Below, in pieces: positions 56,031-64,000 of a stretch of DNA of 64,000 nucleotides. The translations under genes were made by a program, and so were the position numbers. Position 1 is the stretch's first letter. Each line of letters begins with the position of its first letter. Location: the NCBI GenBank assembly GCA_965204375.1, contig OZ241986.1:4768001-4832000 (forward strand). The letters run 5' to 3'. This DNA comes from Candidatus Latescibacterota bacterium (GTDB lineage Bacteria > Latescibacterota > UBA2968). The notes beneath the pieces are model-generated. The model was not told the DNA's origin and made no database searches. It saw only the letters and a list, made by a program, of their open reading frames with translations.

Positions 56031-59000
56031 TTAATTCCCAACCACGCGCACCCGAAGCGTTTGAGCACCTACCAAAAATAGATCGACCTCTTTCTGTGTC
56101 GAAACAGTTTCGGTCGTTTGCTGATTGCCTGGTCCACTGCCTGGTCCACTGCCTGGTCCACTGCCTGGTCCACTGTCTGATCCTGAAGAACTGTTTGATA
56201 CATTGTCGGACATCAGGCCTCCTTCACCTGCCGATGTCAACTGCACTTTTAAGATAACATTTTCATCTATTCCATTTACACGGGCAAAAACATCTTCGAG
56301 TGTCTCATCGCCCCCCACAACATTAGACACCCCAACCAACAGCCCATCTCCGTTCCCATCAGAACTTCCCCCTAATGTTGCGGCAGACCCCACTTTGAGT
56401 TGATAAACACCCGCAGGAAGCGTATCGGGTATGCTAAATGCCAGCTCGATTTCCCGATTCTCACGTCGCCCCACGCGCAGAGAAGTCCTGACAGATATCG
56501 TACTTCCAGCACTGATAACAGTGTCCGCATGAACCGATACGACTTTTGCAAAGCGAGATTCGGGCAATATGTCAACGTGTATCTCACCCTCGCGCATCTG
56601 CAAGGCGTAATCATCTCTTGTCATGAGTTGTACAAGTGTCCTCGCCAGGTCAAAAGACGCACCTCCAATTAAGGGCAAAAGATATCCATTTGGCTCTGCA
56701 TAAAGCCGAGATTGGGTCACCTTTGAATTTGTTTCGACAAAAGAAATATTCGTCCTGATGCGCACACTGTGATTCGGCTCGTTTTCAATCCGGTTGCCCA
56801 AAGGCGAGAACAAAGCGTATTCGACGAGACCAGCTACCGTAGAGGGGTCCGTCATTGCCAGATTGTGCGTAAGTTCGAGCACATACCCCGAAGGAAACGT
56901 ATATACGCCCTTGAAAGGTATCAATTCTGGATTTTCGCCAAGCACACCGCGAACCGCGGGCAAACGATCTTCGGTCAGCGTTCCACGCACCGTTGGATTC
57001 AGCGTTGCAAACTTATACGGCGCAGAGAGATTGGATATTGGACCGAGCACCACTGCTTCTATGATGGGCAAGGACACCGCACCCGAACCATCCATCGGAT
57101 GTCCAAAACCATATATCCGATTGCCATTGACATATGATATGGTTCCCAACCCAGCGACCGTAACCTCACCCAGCATCAAAGCAACAGCCAGTGGCCTGCC
57201 CGCCTCAAAACTGTCCTGATTTTGTGCGGATCTTCCGGCAGGCGTCAATTCACGCTGAAAGTGTGGATCATTCATCTGGTGGTTGGGATTGAATCCCGTG
57301 CCCAGCAAGGGAATAGCCAGAGGGGTAATGCCATTCCCCGCCCAGGTAGTCAGCCGTTTCGCCAATGGAATCGCGCCCTTCATGCCAATTACCCATTCTA
57401 TCGGTGTTGCAAAAAAATAGTACGGCGGACTGTCTTGTTGATTAAAACCATAAGCAATAGCACCCCATGTGCCTTGCTCAGTAAAAACAGGAGAACCACT
57501 CATCCCCTTAGCAATACCGCCAAGCTGTATCAAAACGGGGTCGGACGCCTCAAGCATATAAACAGGCATTGGCGGCAAGAAATCATCGACCACCTGTATG
57601 AACGTCATTTCGAGATCTGCGAGTTGGCCGTTGGCAAATTCGGTTCGCAGGAATACGGGTGTACCCATGGGCATAGAGCGAACCGACTCAACCGAAACAA
57701 TGGGTGAAAGAGAATAGGGTTGTAAGTCCCCCGTGGGGCGTACAACCTCAAACGCACGATCATCGGGCTTTTGCTTATCGAAAATCTCAAATTTGCCATT
57801 TGCCACAACCACCACAACCACAGGGTACATCGGATCGCCCTCTGGATCGAAGGAAAATTGCCCCAAAATCGTGGGTACATCAATAGCGGCCAGAGCATCC
57901 CGAATAGCACCGGAATTTGCTGATTCAGAATTTTTGATTGCCTCTGCGAGAACCTGTACATTGACATACCCCAAAGCGGCCCATGTATCGGGATCAGTAC
58001 CGTATTTTGTGCGATAATTCTGAACAAAGTCTCGATTCCCCGGCGTGTCAGCAGAGAGAGACCAATATTGCCCTGTAATTACCCCTTCGGCTGCGGTACC
58101 AGCCATTTCTATTTGGGTTGACGTGAATCCGAAAATGAGAAAGGGGATCGCATCTGGGATACCAACCTGACGGCCCTGTACTGGAATCTCAACCCGTTCA
58201 GCGGGTCTCGTCCACACAAAGATCGCATCGGGATCCGACGCTTTTATCCGGGTTAATTGTTCGGAAAAGTCAGTATCGCCGGTTGGGAAAGTTTCTGTGG
58301 TCAGAATCTCGACGCCCAAATCGCCAAGTGCCTTTTTGGTTTCTTCATATCCGCTGTTGGAATACAGGTCGTCGCGGTCAACTATAATCGCCACTTTCTG
58401 ATAGCCCAATTTTTTTCTCGTAATATTGACAAAACTCGGCACGGCTTTATCCACAGGAGACGGAACGCGAAAGATAAAATTGCCAACCGCGCCCAGGCCA
58501 GCTGCGCCAGCCGTCGGGCTAAAAGCCACGACCTGCTTTTCTTGCGCGATGGGAAAAGCCGCTGCCGAAGAAGAAGAAAATCCCGGACCGAGAATGACGG
58601 GCACTCTGTCTTGATCAATCAGCTTGCTGAAAGCGGAAACGGCAAGATCTGGATTGCTCTCACTGTCTTCAAAGATAAATGAGATCGGTGTCGCACGGAG
58701 TTGTGATCGGTTGACCTCTTCGCGGGCGAGTTCCATACCATTTTTTAAGGATATATAGATACTTCCGAGATTAACAGGCAGGACAACACCAATGGGAATC
58801 TCCTGAGGGGATGCACTCATCACACGCGCCTTCCCACCAATGGGCAAATTGAGCATGACCTCATACCCGCCATTGATCGGAATGCTCGACCAGGAACCGA
58901 TCTCTCGCCCATCTATCGATGCACGCGCCTGATAATAACCCGTCCTAAGCTCCACACGTACCTGACCATTCGCATCCGTCACCCCCGACCACTGATAATC

Positions 59001-59240
59001 GGCCACCTGCCCTGCAATAGAACGCGCAAACTCTACCTTCGAGCCAATTACAGGTGTGTCGTCTCGAAGCACAGTCGCCACCACTGATGCATTCGTTTGC
59101 ACAGCCAATTTACTCAGCGGACGTCCAACCTGCTCCTCTCCTTCTACCATCTGCGACTGCATCGCCCGTTCGCCGCCACAGCCCCACATCAATCCCATAG
59201 CGCACACCAGCACGCAACGAAGACTTCTCAACTGATTCAT
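56031..59240 (-). CDS. Lipoprotein fusing a branched-chain amino-acid-type solute-binding domain to a SpoIVB (S55) peptidase domain
   Basis: Lipobox MWGC; EIPIGVV...DTDFSEQLTRIK..PDAIF...GQFSFDPEGD; GGIAKGMSGSPV, GAIAYG and GTISYV..IYGFGHPM. Confidence 0.85.
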   Translation of the reverse strand: MNQLRSLRCVLVCAMGLMWGCGGERAMQSQMVEGEEQVGRPLSKLAVQTNASVVATVLRDDTPVIGSKVEFARSIAGQVADYQWSGVTDANGQVRVELRTGYYQARASIDGREIGSWSSIPINGGYEVMLNLPIGGKARVMSASPQEIPIGVVLPVNLGSIYISLKNGMELAREEVNRSQLRATPISFIFEDSESNPDLAVSAFSKLIDQDRVPVILGPGFSSSSAAAFPIAQEKQVVAFSPTAGAAGLGAVGNFIFRVPSPVDKAVPSFVNITRKKLGYQKVAIIVDRDDLYSNSGYEETKKALGDLGVEILTTETFPTGDTDFSEQLTRIKASDPDAIFVWTRPAERVEIPVQGRQVGIPDAIPFLIFGFTSTQIEMAGTAAEGVITGQYWSLSADTPGNRDFVQNYRTKYGTDPDTWAALGYVNVQVLAEAIKNSESANSGAIRDALAAIDVPTILGQFSFDPEGDPMYPVVVVVVANGKFEIFDKQKPDDRAFEVVRPTGDLQPYSLSPIVSVESVRSMPMGTPVFLRTEFANGQLADLEMTFIQVVDDFLPPMPVYMLEASDPVLIQLGGIAKGMSGSPVFTEQGTWGAIAYGFNQQDSPPYYFFATPIEWVIGMKGAIPLAKRLTTWAGNGITPLAIPLLGTGFNPNHQMNDPHFQRELTPAGRSAQNQDSFEAGRPLAVALMLGEVTVAGLGTISYVNGNRIYGFGHPMDGSGAVSLPIIEAVVLGPISNLSAPYKFATLNPTVRGTLTEDRLPAVRGVLGENPELIPFKGVYTFPSGYVLELTHNLAMTDPSTVAGLVEYALFSPLGNRIENEPNHSVRIRTNISFVETNSKVTQSRLYAEPNGYLLPLIGGASFDLARTLVQLMTRDDYALQMREGEIHVDILPESRFAKVVSVHADTVISAGSTISVRTSLRVGRRENREIELAFSIPDTLPAGVYQLKVGSAATLGGSSDGNGDGLLVGVSNVVGGDETLEDVFARVNGIDENVILKVQLTSAGEGGLMSDNVSNSSSGSDSGPGSGPGSGPGSGPGNQQTTETVSTQKEVDLFLVGAQTLRVRVVGN
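56126..56173. repeat. In-frame 12-bp tandem repeat, four copies (Ser-Gly-Pro-Gly linker)
   Basis: TGCCTGGTCCAC four times. Confidence 0.9.
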
Positions 59241-59730
59241 GGACAACCGTCCTTTCTCTGTGGTGTGGGGCCAGCAAAGCGTGTTTTCAGGTCCAACTTG
59301 CCGCCCTGAACCGGGCTTTATGTCAAGTTCAGGAGGATACCAAAGCCCGGTGGCGATTATGTAGAATAATGCCAATCTTATTCCATATCACGCCGGAATC
59401 CTACTGCGGTTCCCAAAACTACTCCAAAAAGCAGAACTCACCTCTGACCAAACATAGCTTGATAGACATTAAGAGTCAATGCGATCGACGTGCTCCCTCA
59501 ATTGAAATCTTTGTCAAAAAAGTGTAAAAATAAATCTGCAAAAGTTATCGTTTTTGATTGACCCGCCTCAATTTGAATATTACCATGCGTTTTAGATAAA
59601 AGGAGTCATCATTATCGATGTAGTTCACCAGCCTGAAACCGAAAGGAGGTCATGCCTATGATTTGAGAATAGAAGGGTTTTTTTCGCAGCATGTAAATCG
59701 TTACAAACCGCAACATAAGGAGGTCGTTGT

Positions 59731-60429
59731 ATGAGATTCATTGTAGCAGCGTTATTAAGTCTGGCCCTTGTGGGGCCGGGAGCGGCAGAAGTGAACGGCA
59801 CCTGGTCTGTTGGGGTGACCGGGCAATACGACATGCCGCTGTTTAAATTGAACCAGTGGTTTCCCTCGGGGGGAATTGATATCGGGGGAACCGTCTCTCG
59901 CATCAACAACCCGACCTGGACATTTGAACTGGACGCGCGGTATGCCAAATACGGCTCGGGCGAACTGGAAAACCGCAGATTCTTGTGGTCGGTTGACCTG
60001 CAGGAATACGAAAGCCCCAACGCCAGTTCGGAAATGACCTGGTTTACGGTAACCGCCAACTATCTTTACCACTTCAACGGCGGAGGTGAAAAACTGAACA
60101 CCGGGGGCGGCGCGCCCTACTTCGTCATCGGATCGGGCTTTTACCACTATAACAACGAAATCAGCGGACTGATTTACCCCGGACAGAGCGGCACCCTGGA
60201 CACCAATTTGATACAGCGCTCCGAATCAGATGTTCGCACGGCTCTGGGCGTAAACGCCGGTGTGGGCGTCGAATACTTCGCCTCTCAGAGTTTTGCGTTT
60301 GACCTTCGGGCACAATACCACGTCATCTGGGGCCATGTGCGCCCCCTCGAAGCCTGGGGCCTACAAGAGGCATTCCCATTTCACAAACTCAACATAGGTG
60401 TTCGGCTCAAGTTGTATTTCCCCAAATAA
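59731..60429 (+). CDS. Small outer-membrane beta-barrel protein
   Basis: AGGAGG RBS, signal peptide, amphipathic strands (PYFVIGSG, GVNAGVGVEYF). Confidence 0.8.
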   Translation: MRFIVAALLSLALVGPGAAEVNGTWSVGVTGQYDMPLFKLNQWFPSGGIDIGGTVSRINNPTWTFELDARYAKYGSGELENRRFLWSVDLQEYESPNASSEMTWFTVTANYLYHFNGGGEKLNTGGGAPYFVIGSGFYHYNNEISGLIYPGQSGTLDTNLIQRSESDVRTALGVNAGVGVEYFASQSFAFDLRAQYHVIWGHVRPLEAWGLQEAFPFHKLNIGVRLKLYFPK

Positions 60430-60444
60430 TAACGGAGGTTCAGC

Positions 60445-63400
60445 ATGCGTTTTAGCATTCGTTTGGGCTGTCTCCTGATCCTGGTCGGCGCACTATGCGT
60501 CTTCCATCCAGGCGATGGGATGGCAGCTACAACAGGAAAAGTCACCGGTGTGGTGGTAGATGCCCAGGGTGAGGCGCTACCGGGTGTCAACGTAGTCGTG
60601 AAAGGTACGCGGCGCGGCGCTGTAACCGATACAGATGGCTACTTTTTAATATTAGCTGTCGATCCGGGCGTGCATGAAGTGGAAGCATCCCTGGTGGGCT
60701 ACCGCACCGAAACCATACAAAACGTCCTGGTACAGGTCGAATTGACCACCACAGTGAATATCGTACTCCAGGAAGCAGCCGTAGAACTCGGCGAACTGGT
60801 CGTTATTGCCGAGCGACCTGCCGTGGAACCCGATAAAACCGTGAGTCGCTATATTGTCGGCGTCGAGCAGGTCGAACAGGTTCCCCTCGCGCGAAACACG
60901 GCAGAAGTCATCGAATTGCAGCCCGGCGTATCCCTGGACGGCGCCATGCGCATTCGCGCAAGCCATACCGCCTCGGTAACCAACGGCACCAATGAAGTCT
61001 TTGTAGAAATCGACGGCATTCGCCTGTCCAACGACGATGGCGTAGCCGAAAACAACACGCCCTCACAGGTCAACAGCCTGGCGCGCGGGGCATTGCAAGA
61101 AGTCGCTGTCGTCACCGGCGGCATGAACGCCGAATACGGCAATGCACAGGGCGGCGTAATCAGCCTGGTGAGCCGCGAAGCCAAAGAGCGATACGGCGGT
61201 CTGGGCGAATATCGCCTGACCCTGCCGGGGCTAAAGCACTGGGGCGCGAACGTCTATAACAGCCCGCTTCTGGAAGGCAAAACCCCGGACACCGGCAATC
61301 CCAATATAGATGCAACGCCTTCGGATTACGACAAAGCATTGGGACATTTTTTGGAAGGCAATGTTTCGGGGCCGATCAATCCACAACTCGGATTCTTCCT
61401 CAGTACCTATACAGATCGGCAGGCATCCGTTTTTCCAGGTCCCTCCAATCACGCGCCCTTTAACCTGAACACATCGGCCAACGCGACCTATCGGCCGGGC
61501 GACAAGTACAAATTCAAGCTCGGCACCACCTGGGTGTACAAAGACGGGTTCAACAACGGCTCGACCAGTGTGGTGCGCGGTCCGGGCGGTGCAACCACGG
61601 GCGTGCCGCCGGGCGGGGTGCGAGGCATCTCGGAAAGCGGGCGCAACCTTTACTTGCCCGCGGGATATAGCTCCTCGGGCAAGTCGCCGCGCACCGATCA
61701 GGTATTTTACGGTGTCTTGACACACACCATATCTCCCAGAACATTTTACGAAGTCCGCGTATCTTTCCAGCGCACAGCCCTCGATACCAGCGATGTGCCG
61801 TCAGAGACAACAGATATTGTTCGCGGTGCAAACGGATTTTACGGCACGCGGGACATCCACGCCTTCAGCTGGGCGCGGCGCACGCGCATCCTGCTAAAAG
61901 GCGATTTGTCCAGCCAGGTGACGCGGGGACACTTTGTAAAAGCCGGTTTTGAAATCATTCGCAACAGCATTGAACAGCAAGATGTGGTCTATAACACAAC
62001 CCGCGAACGCAACATCCGCTTGCTGGGCCAGGGCGACCCCATCGTGGGCATGGAACCTTTTAATCCCGCAACGTATGCGGCTTATATCCAGGACAAAATG
62101 GAATTTGAGGGCCTGATCGTCAATCTGGGTGTGCGATATGAAGTCCTCGCCCCCGGCGAATCCTTTGGCCGCGCCATGGACCACGTCACCTGGAACCACT
62201 ACAACTCGCTGACGCGCTGGCGAAACGTACGCATCGTGGATTCGCCCACGCAGACGGCCATCAGCCCGCGCCTGGGTATTTCACACCCCATCACAGAGCG
62301 TTCTACCATCCGATTTTTCACCGGCCGCTTCCACCAGTTCATCGGTCTGCAAAGCCTTTACAACCGCACATGGCGGGCGACGGGACCGGACAAAGATCTG
62401 AACGGCAACGGACAAATCGACGAGATGGAAATTTTCAACGCCCTGGTCTATCCGCTGGCGGGCGAATTTGGCAATGTCCACATGAAACCCGAACGCACGA
62501 CCAACTTTGAGGTCGGCTTCGACTACAACTTCTACGGCGATTACGTCCTGGGCCTGACGGCTTTCTACAAAGATCAGGAAGGCACGCTATCCAGCGGCGG
62601 GTCTGACTTCTTCATCGACGAACCCGTATTTGGCTTCAACTCTTCATATACCCACGCGTTCTTCAATCGCCGCTTTGCCACATCTCGCGGATTTGAGCTG
62701 TCCTTCCAGAAAAAGTTCAGCCAGATGACAGCCCTGTATGTGGCCTACAACGTCAACTGGGCCAAAGCGCACCGCGGCGGCAAATCATCCTGGGAATGGT
62801 TCATCGCTCCCACGGCTCAATATGTGAACAGCGACAAGTTCTTTGCAGGCGTCACCGTGCAAGCCGACGGGCAGGAAGTGCCCCGCGCACCAACGGCCGA
62901 AGAGCGGAGGGCATTCGCAGAGAAGGCCAATGAAATTGCTCTGAAATACAAGGCAAAAGCAGATGTGATGGAACCAAAGAGCAATGCCTTCTGGGAACAG
63001 CCAGTCCTCGTCGAAGACGGGCTTTACTCCTTCAATATCGCCAACTACAGCATTCCCACCTTAGATGGCGGTCTGGACAGGCGCAACTTTGCCAGCGTGC
63101 AATTCCTCTTCTCTGCACCGCCGGATTTCCACATCGCGGCTCTGGCCGGATTCCGCGCGACCATGGTCTGGCAGATGCACACCAGGGGCGCATTCTGGTA
63201 CACGCCACCCACGGGACCCAGGGAGCGGCGCAACGGCCCACCCTCCACACTGACAGATGTCAGCTTTGAAAAAGACTTTGGACTGGGGCAAACGGGTACA
63301 GCCACGACATTCCTGGAAGTCCGCAACCTCTTTGGGCAGCGCGACGACACGAGCACTGGTTTCCGCTGGATCCAGTACGGCCTCCAAAAACCGCCGCCTG

Positions 63401-63507
63401 GAGACAGCAAATTCGATACTTTCGGTGATATTTCCGAACTGACCCGCTACAACGGCGGGCTGGGCAGACCCCGAACCATCGTGGCCGGGGCGCGGTTTAA
63501 GTTCTAA
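60445..63507 (+). CDS. TonB-dependent receptor
   Basis: TTGKVTGVV..GEALPGVNV, TGGMNAEYGNA, ISPRLGISHPIT; C-terminal Phe. Confidence 0.93.
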   Translation: MRFSIRLGCLLILVGALCVFHPGDGMAATTGKVTGVVVDAQGEALPGVNVVVKGTRRGAVTDTDGYFLILAVDPGVHEVEASLVGYRTETIQNVLVQVELTTTVNIVLQEAAVELGELVVIAERPAVEPDKTVSRYIVGVEQVEQVPLARNTAEVIELQPGVSLDGAMRIRASHTASVTNGTNEVFVEIDGIRLSNDDGVAENNTPSQVNSLARGALQEVAVVTGGMNAEYGNAQGGVISLVSREAKERYGGLGEYRLTLPGLKHWGANVYNSPLLEGKTPDTGNPNIDATPSDYDKALGHFLEGNVSGPINPQLGFFLSTYTDRQASVFPGPSNHAPFNLNTSANATYRPGDKYKFKLGTTWVYKDGFNNGSTSVVRGPGGATTGVPPGGVRGISESGRNLYLPAGYSSSGKSPRTDQVFYGVLTHTISPRTFYEVRVSFQRTALDTSDVPSETTDIVRGANGFYGTRDIHAFSWARRTRILLKGDLSSQVTRGHFVKAGFEIIRNSIEQQDVVYNTTRERNIRLLGQGDPIVGMEPFNPATYAAYIQDKMEFEGLIVNLGVRYEVLAPGESFGRAMDHVTWNHYNSLTRWRNVRIVDSPTQTAISPRLGISHPITERSTIRFFTGRFHQFIGLQSLYNRTWRATGPDKDLNGNGQIDEMEIFNALVYPLAGEFGNVHMKPERTTNFEVGFDYNFYGDYVLGLTAFYKDQEGTLSSGGSDFFIDEPVFGFNSSYTHAFFNRRFATSRGFELSFQKKFSQMTALYVAYNVNWAKAHRGGKSSWEWFIAPTAQYVNSDKFFAGVTVQADGQEVPRAPTAEERRAFAEKANEIALKYKAKADVMEPKSNAFWEQPVLVEDGLYSFNIANYSIPTLDGGLDRRNFASVQFLFSAPPDFHIAALAGFRATMVWQMHTRGAFWYTPPTGPRERRNGPPSTLTDVSFEKDFGLGQTGTATTFLEVRNLFGQRDDTSTGFRWIQYGLQKPPPGDSKFDTFGDISELTRYNGGLGRPRTIVAGARFKF

Positions 63508-63546
63508 AAGTATCCGCAGAAAAAACGCGAGTAATTTGAGCGTTTT

Positions 63547-63611
63547 ACGCAGATGATGCAGATGAATGCAGATTCTAATCCGCGTCATCCGTTCATCCGC
63601 GTTTATCCGCG
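63547..63611. repeat. Decamer-type inverted repeat element
   Basis: GCAGATG units followed by ATCCGCG units; same family as the arms at 28305 and 28952. Confidence 0.7.
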
Positions 63612-63633
63612 ATCTAACAAGAGGATCATATCT

Positions 63634-64000
63634 ATGTCTCTGAAAAACTTGAAAAAACAATGGTTGCCGGGTCTGATGGTATTGTGCCTCATGTCAATCG
63701 GCACAATAGATTCGCAAGCGCAGGTGGTCTATAGCGCGTCGCGGCACATGACCCGGTCGCTGGTGTGGCTCTCGTTTACCAACTCCGGTACGTCGAGCAT
63801 GCACTATCAGGTAACGCCGTCCCGGGTGATGATGCGAATGTCCTACCCGGGCGAATTGTATTCATTATACGCCCTGTTGGGCACCGAAGAATTTGTGGAA
63901 TATTGGGGCGACAAAGCATGGGGATCGTCCGCGCAAAAGGGCTTTACAAACATGCACTCGGCTGGCGAGGGCGTGCTGGTATTGACCAATGTGGGCGGTG
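63634..64000 (+). CDS. Secreted hypothetical protein, 3' end runs off the window
   Basis: GAGG RBS; MSLKNLKKQWLPGLMVLCLMSIGTIDSQAQ signal peptide; frame stays open to the window end. Confidence 0.75.
   Translation, partial: MSLKNLKKQWLPGLMVLCLMSIGTIDSQAQVVYSASRHMTRSLVWLSFTNSGTSSMHYQVTPSRVMMRMSYPGELYSLYALLGTEEFVEYWGDKAWGSSAQKGFTNMHSAGEGVLVLTNVGG

Noticed and set aside
59600-59665. Fluoride-riboswitch-like words (GATGTAGTTCACC; AGGAGTCATCA)
   Set aside because: The two elements are in incompatible order and strand, and the downstream genes are unrelated to fluoride.

Overview
Bacterial genomic DNA with no rRNA, tRNA or CRISPR array visible. The gene content (PorV-family barrel, GWxTD-type protein, SusD-less TonB receptors, several PhyH dioxygenases) suggests an FCB-superphylum organism such as Latescibacterota; this is inference. 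1-20.1 kb is a minus-strand tandem array of at least seven MacB/FtsX-type ABC permease paralogs, one split by an IS5-family element. The array also holds a TlpA-like redoxin, an ECF sigma factor, two inserted toxin-antitoxin-type modules and two copies of a sigma54 promoter with an identical 42-bp upstream element. 20.3-21.7 kb is a decayed patch: a ThsB-like TIR gene, a truncated partner, an IS remnant and an MFS fragment. 21.9-28.3 kb is a catabolic cluster. 28.5-39.7 kb holds a cupin, a second ECF sigma behind a structured leader, a cytochrome c-PQQ dehydrogenase, a FabV-like protein, an extended beta-CASP nuclease, Uma2, a TPR-PPIase, a GIY-YIG gene with palindromic repeats and an orphan DUF433 gene. 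39.7-49.3 kb is a TonB receptor / secreted protein / PorV / GWxTD locus. 49.8-51.4 kb is a small AT-rich islet with an integrase remnant between 25-bp direct repeats. The rest holds a DUF1552/DUF1592 pair, DoxX, a solute-binding-protein/SpoIVB-peptidase fusion and the start of a second TonB locus. Strand G/C skew flips near 33.1 kb. All family calls come from recognising motifs by eye, not from database searches.
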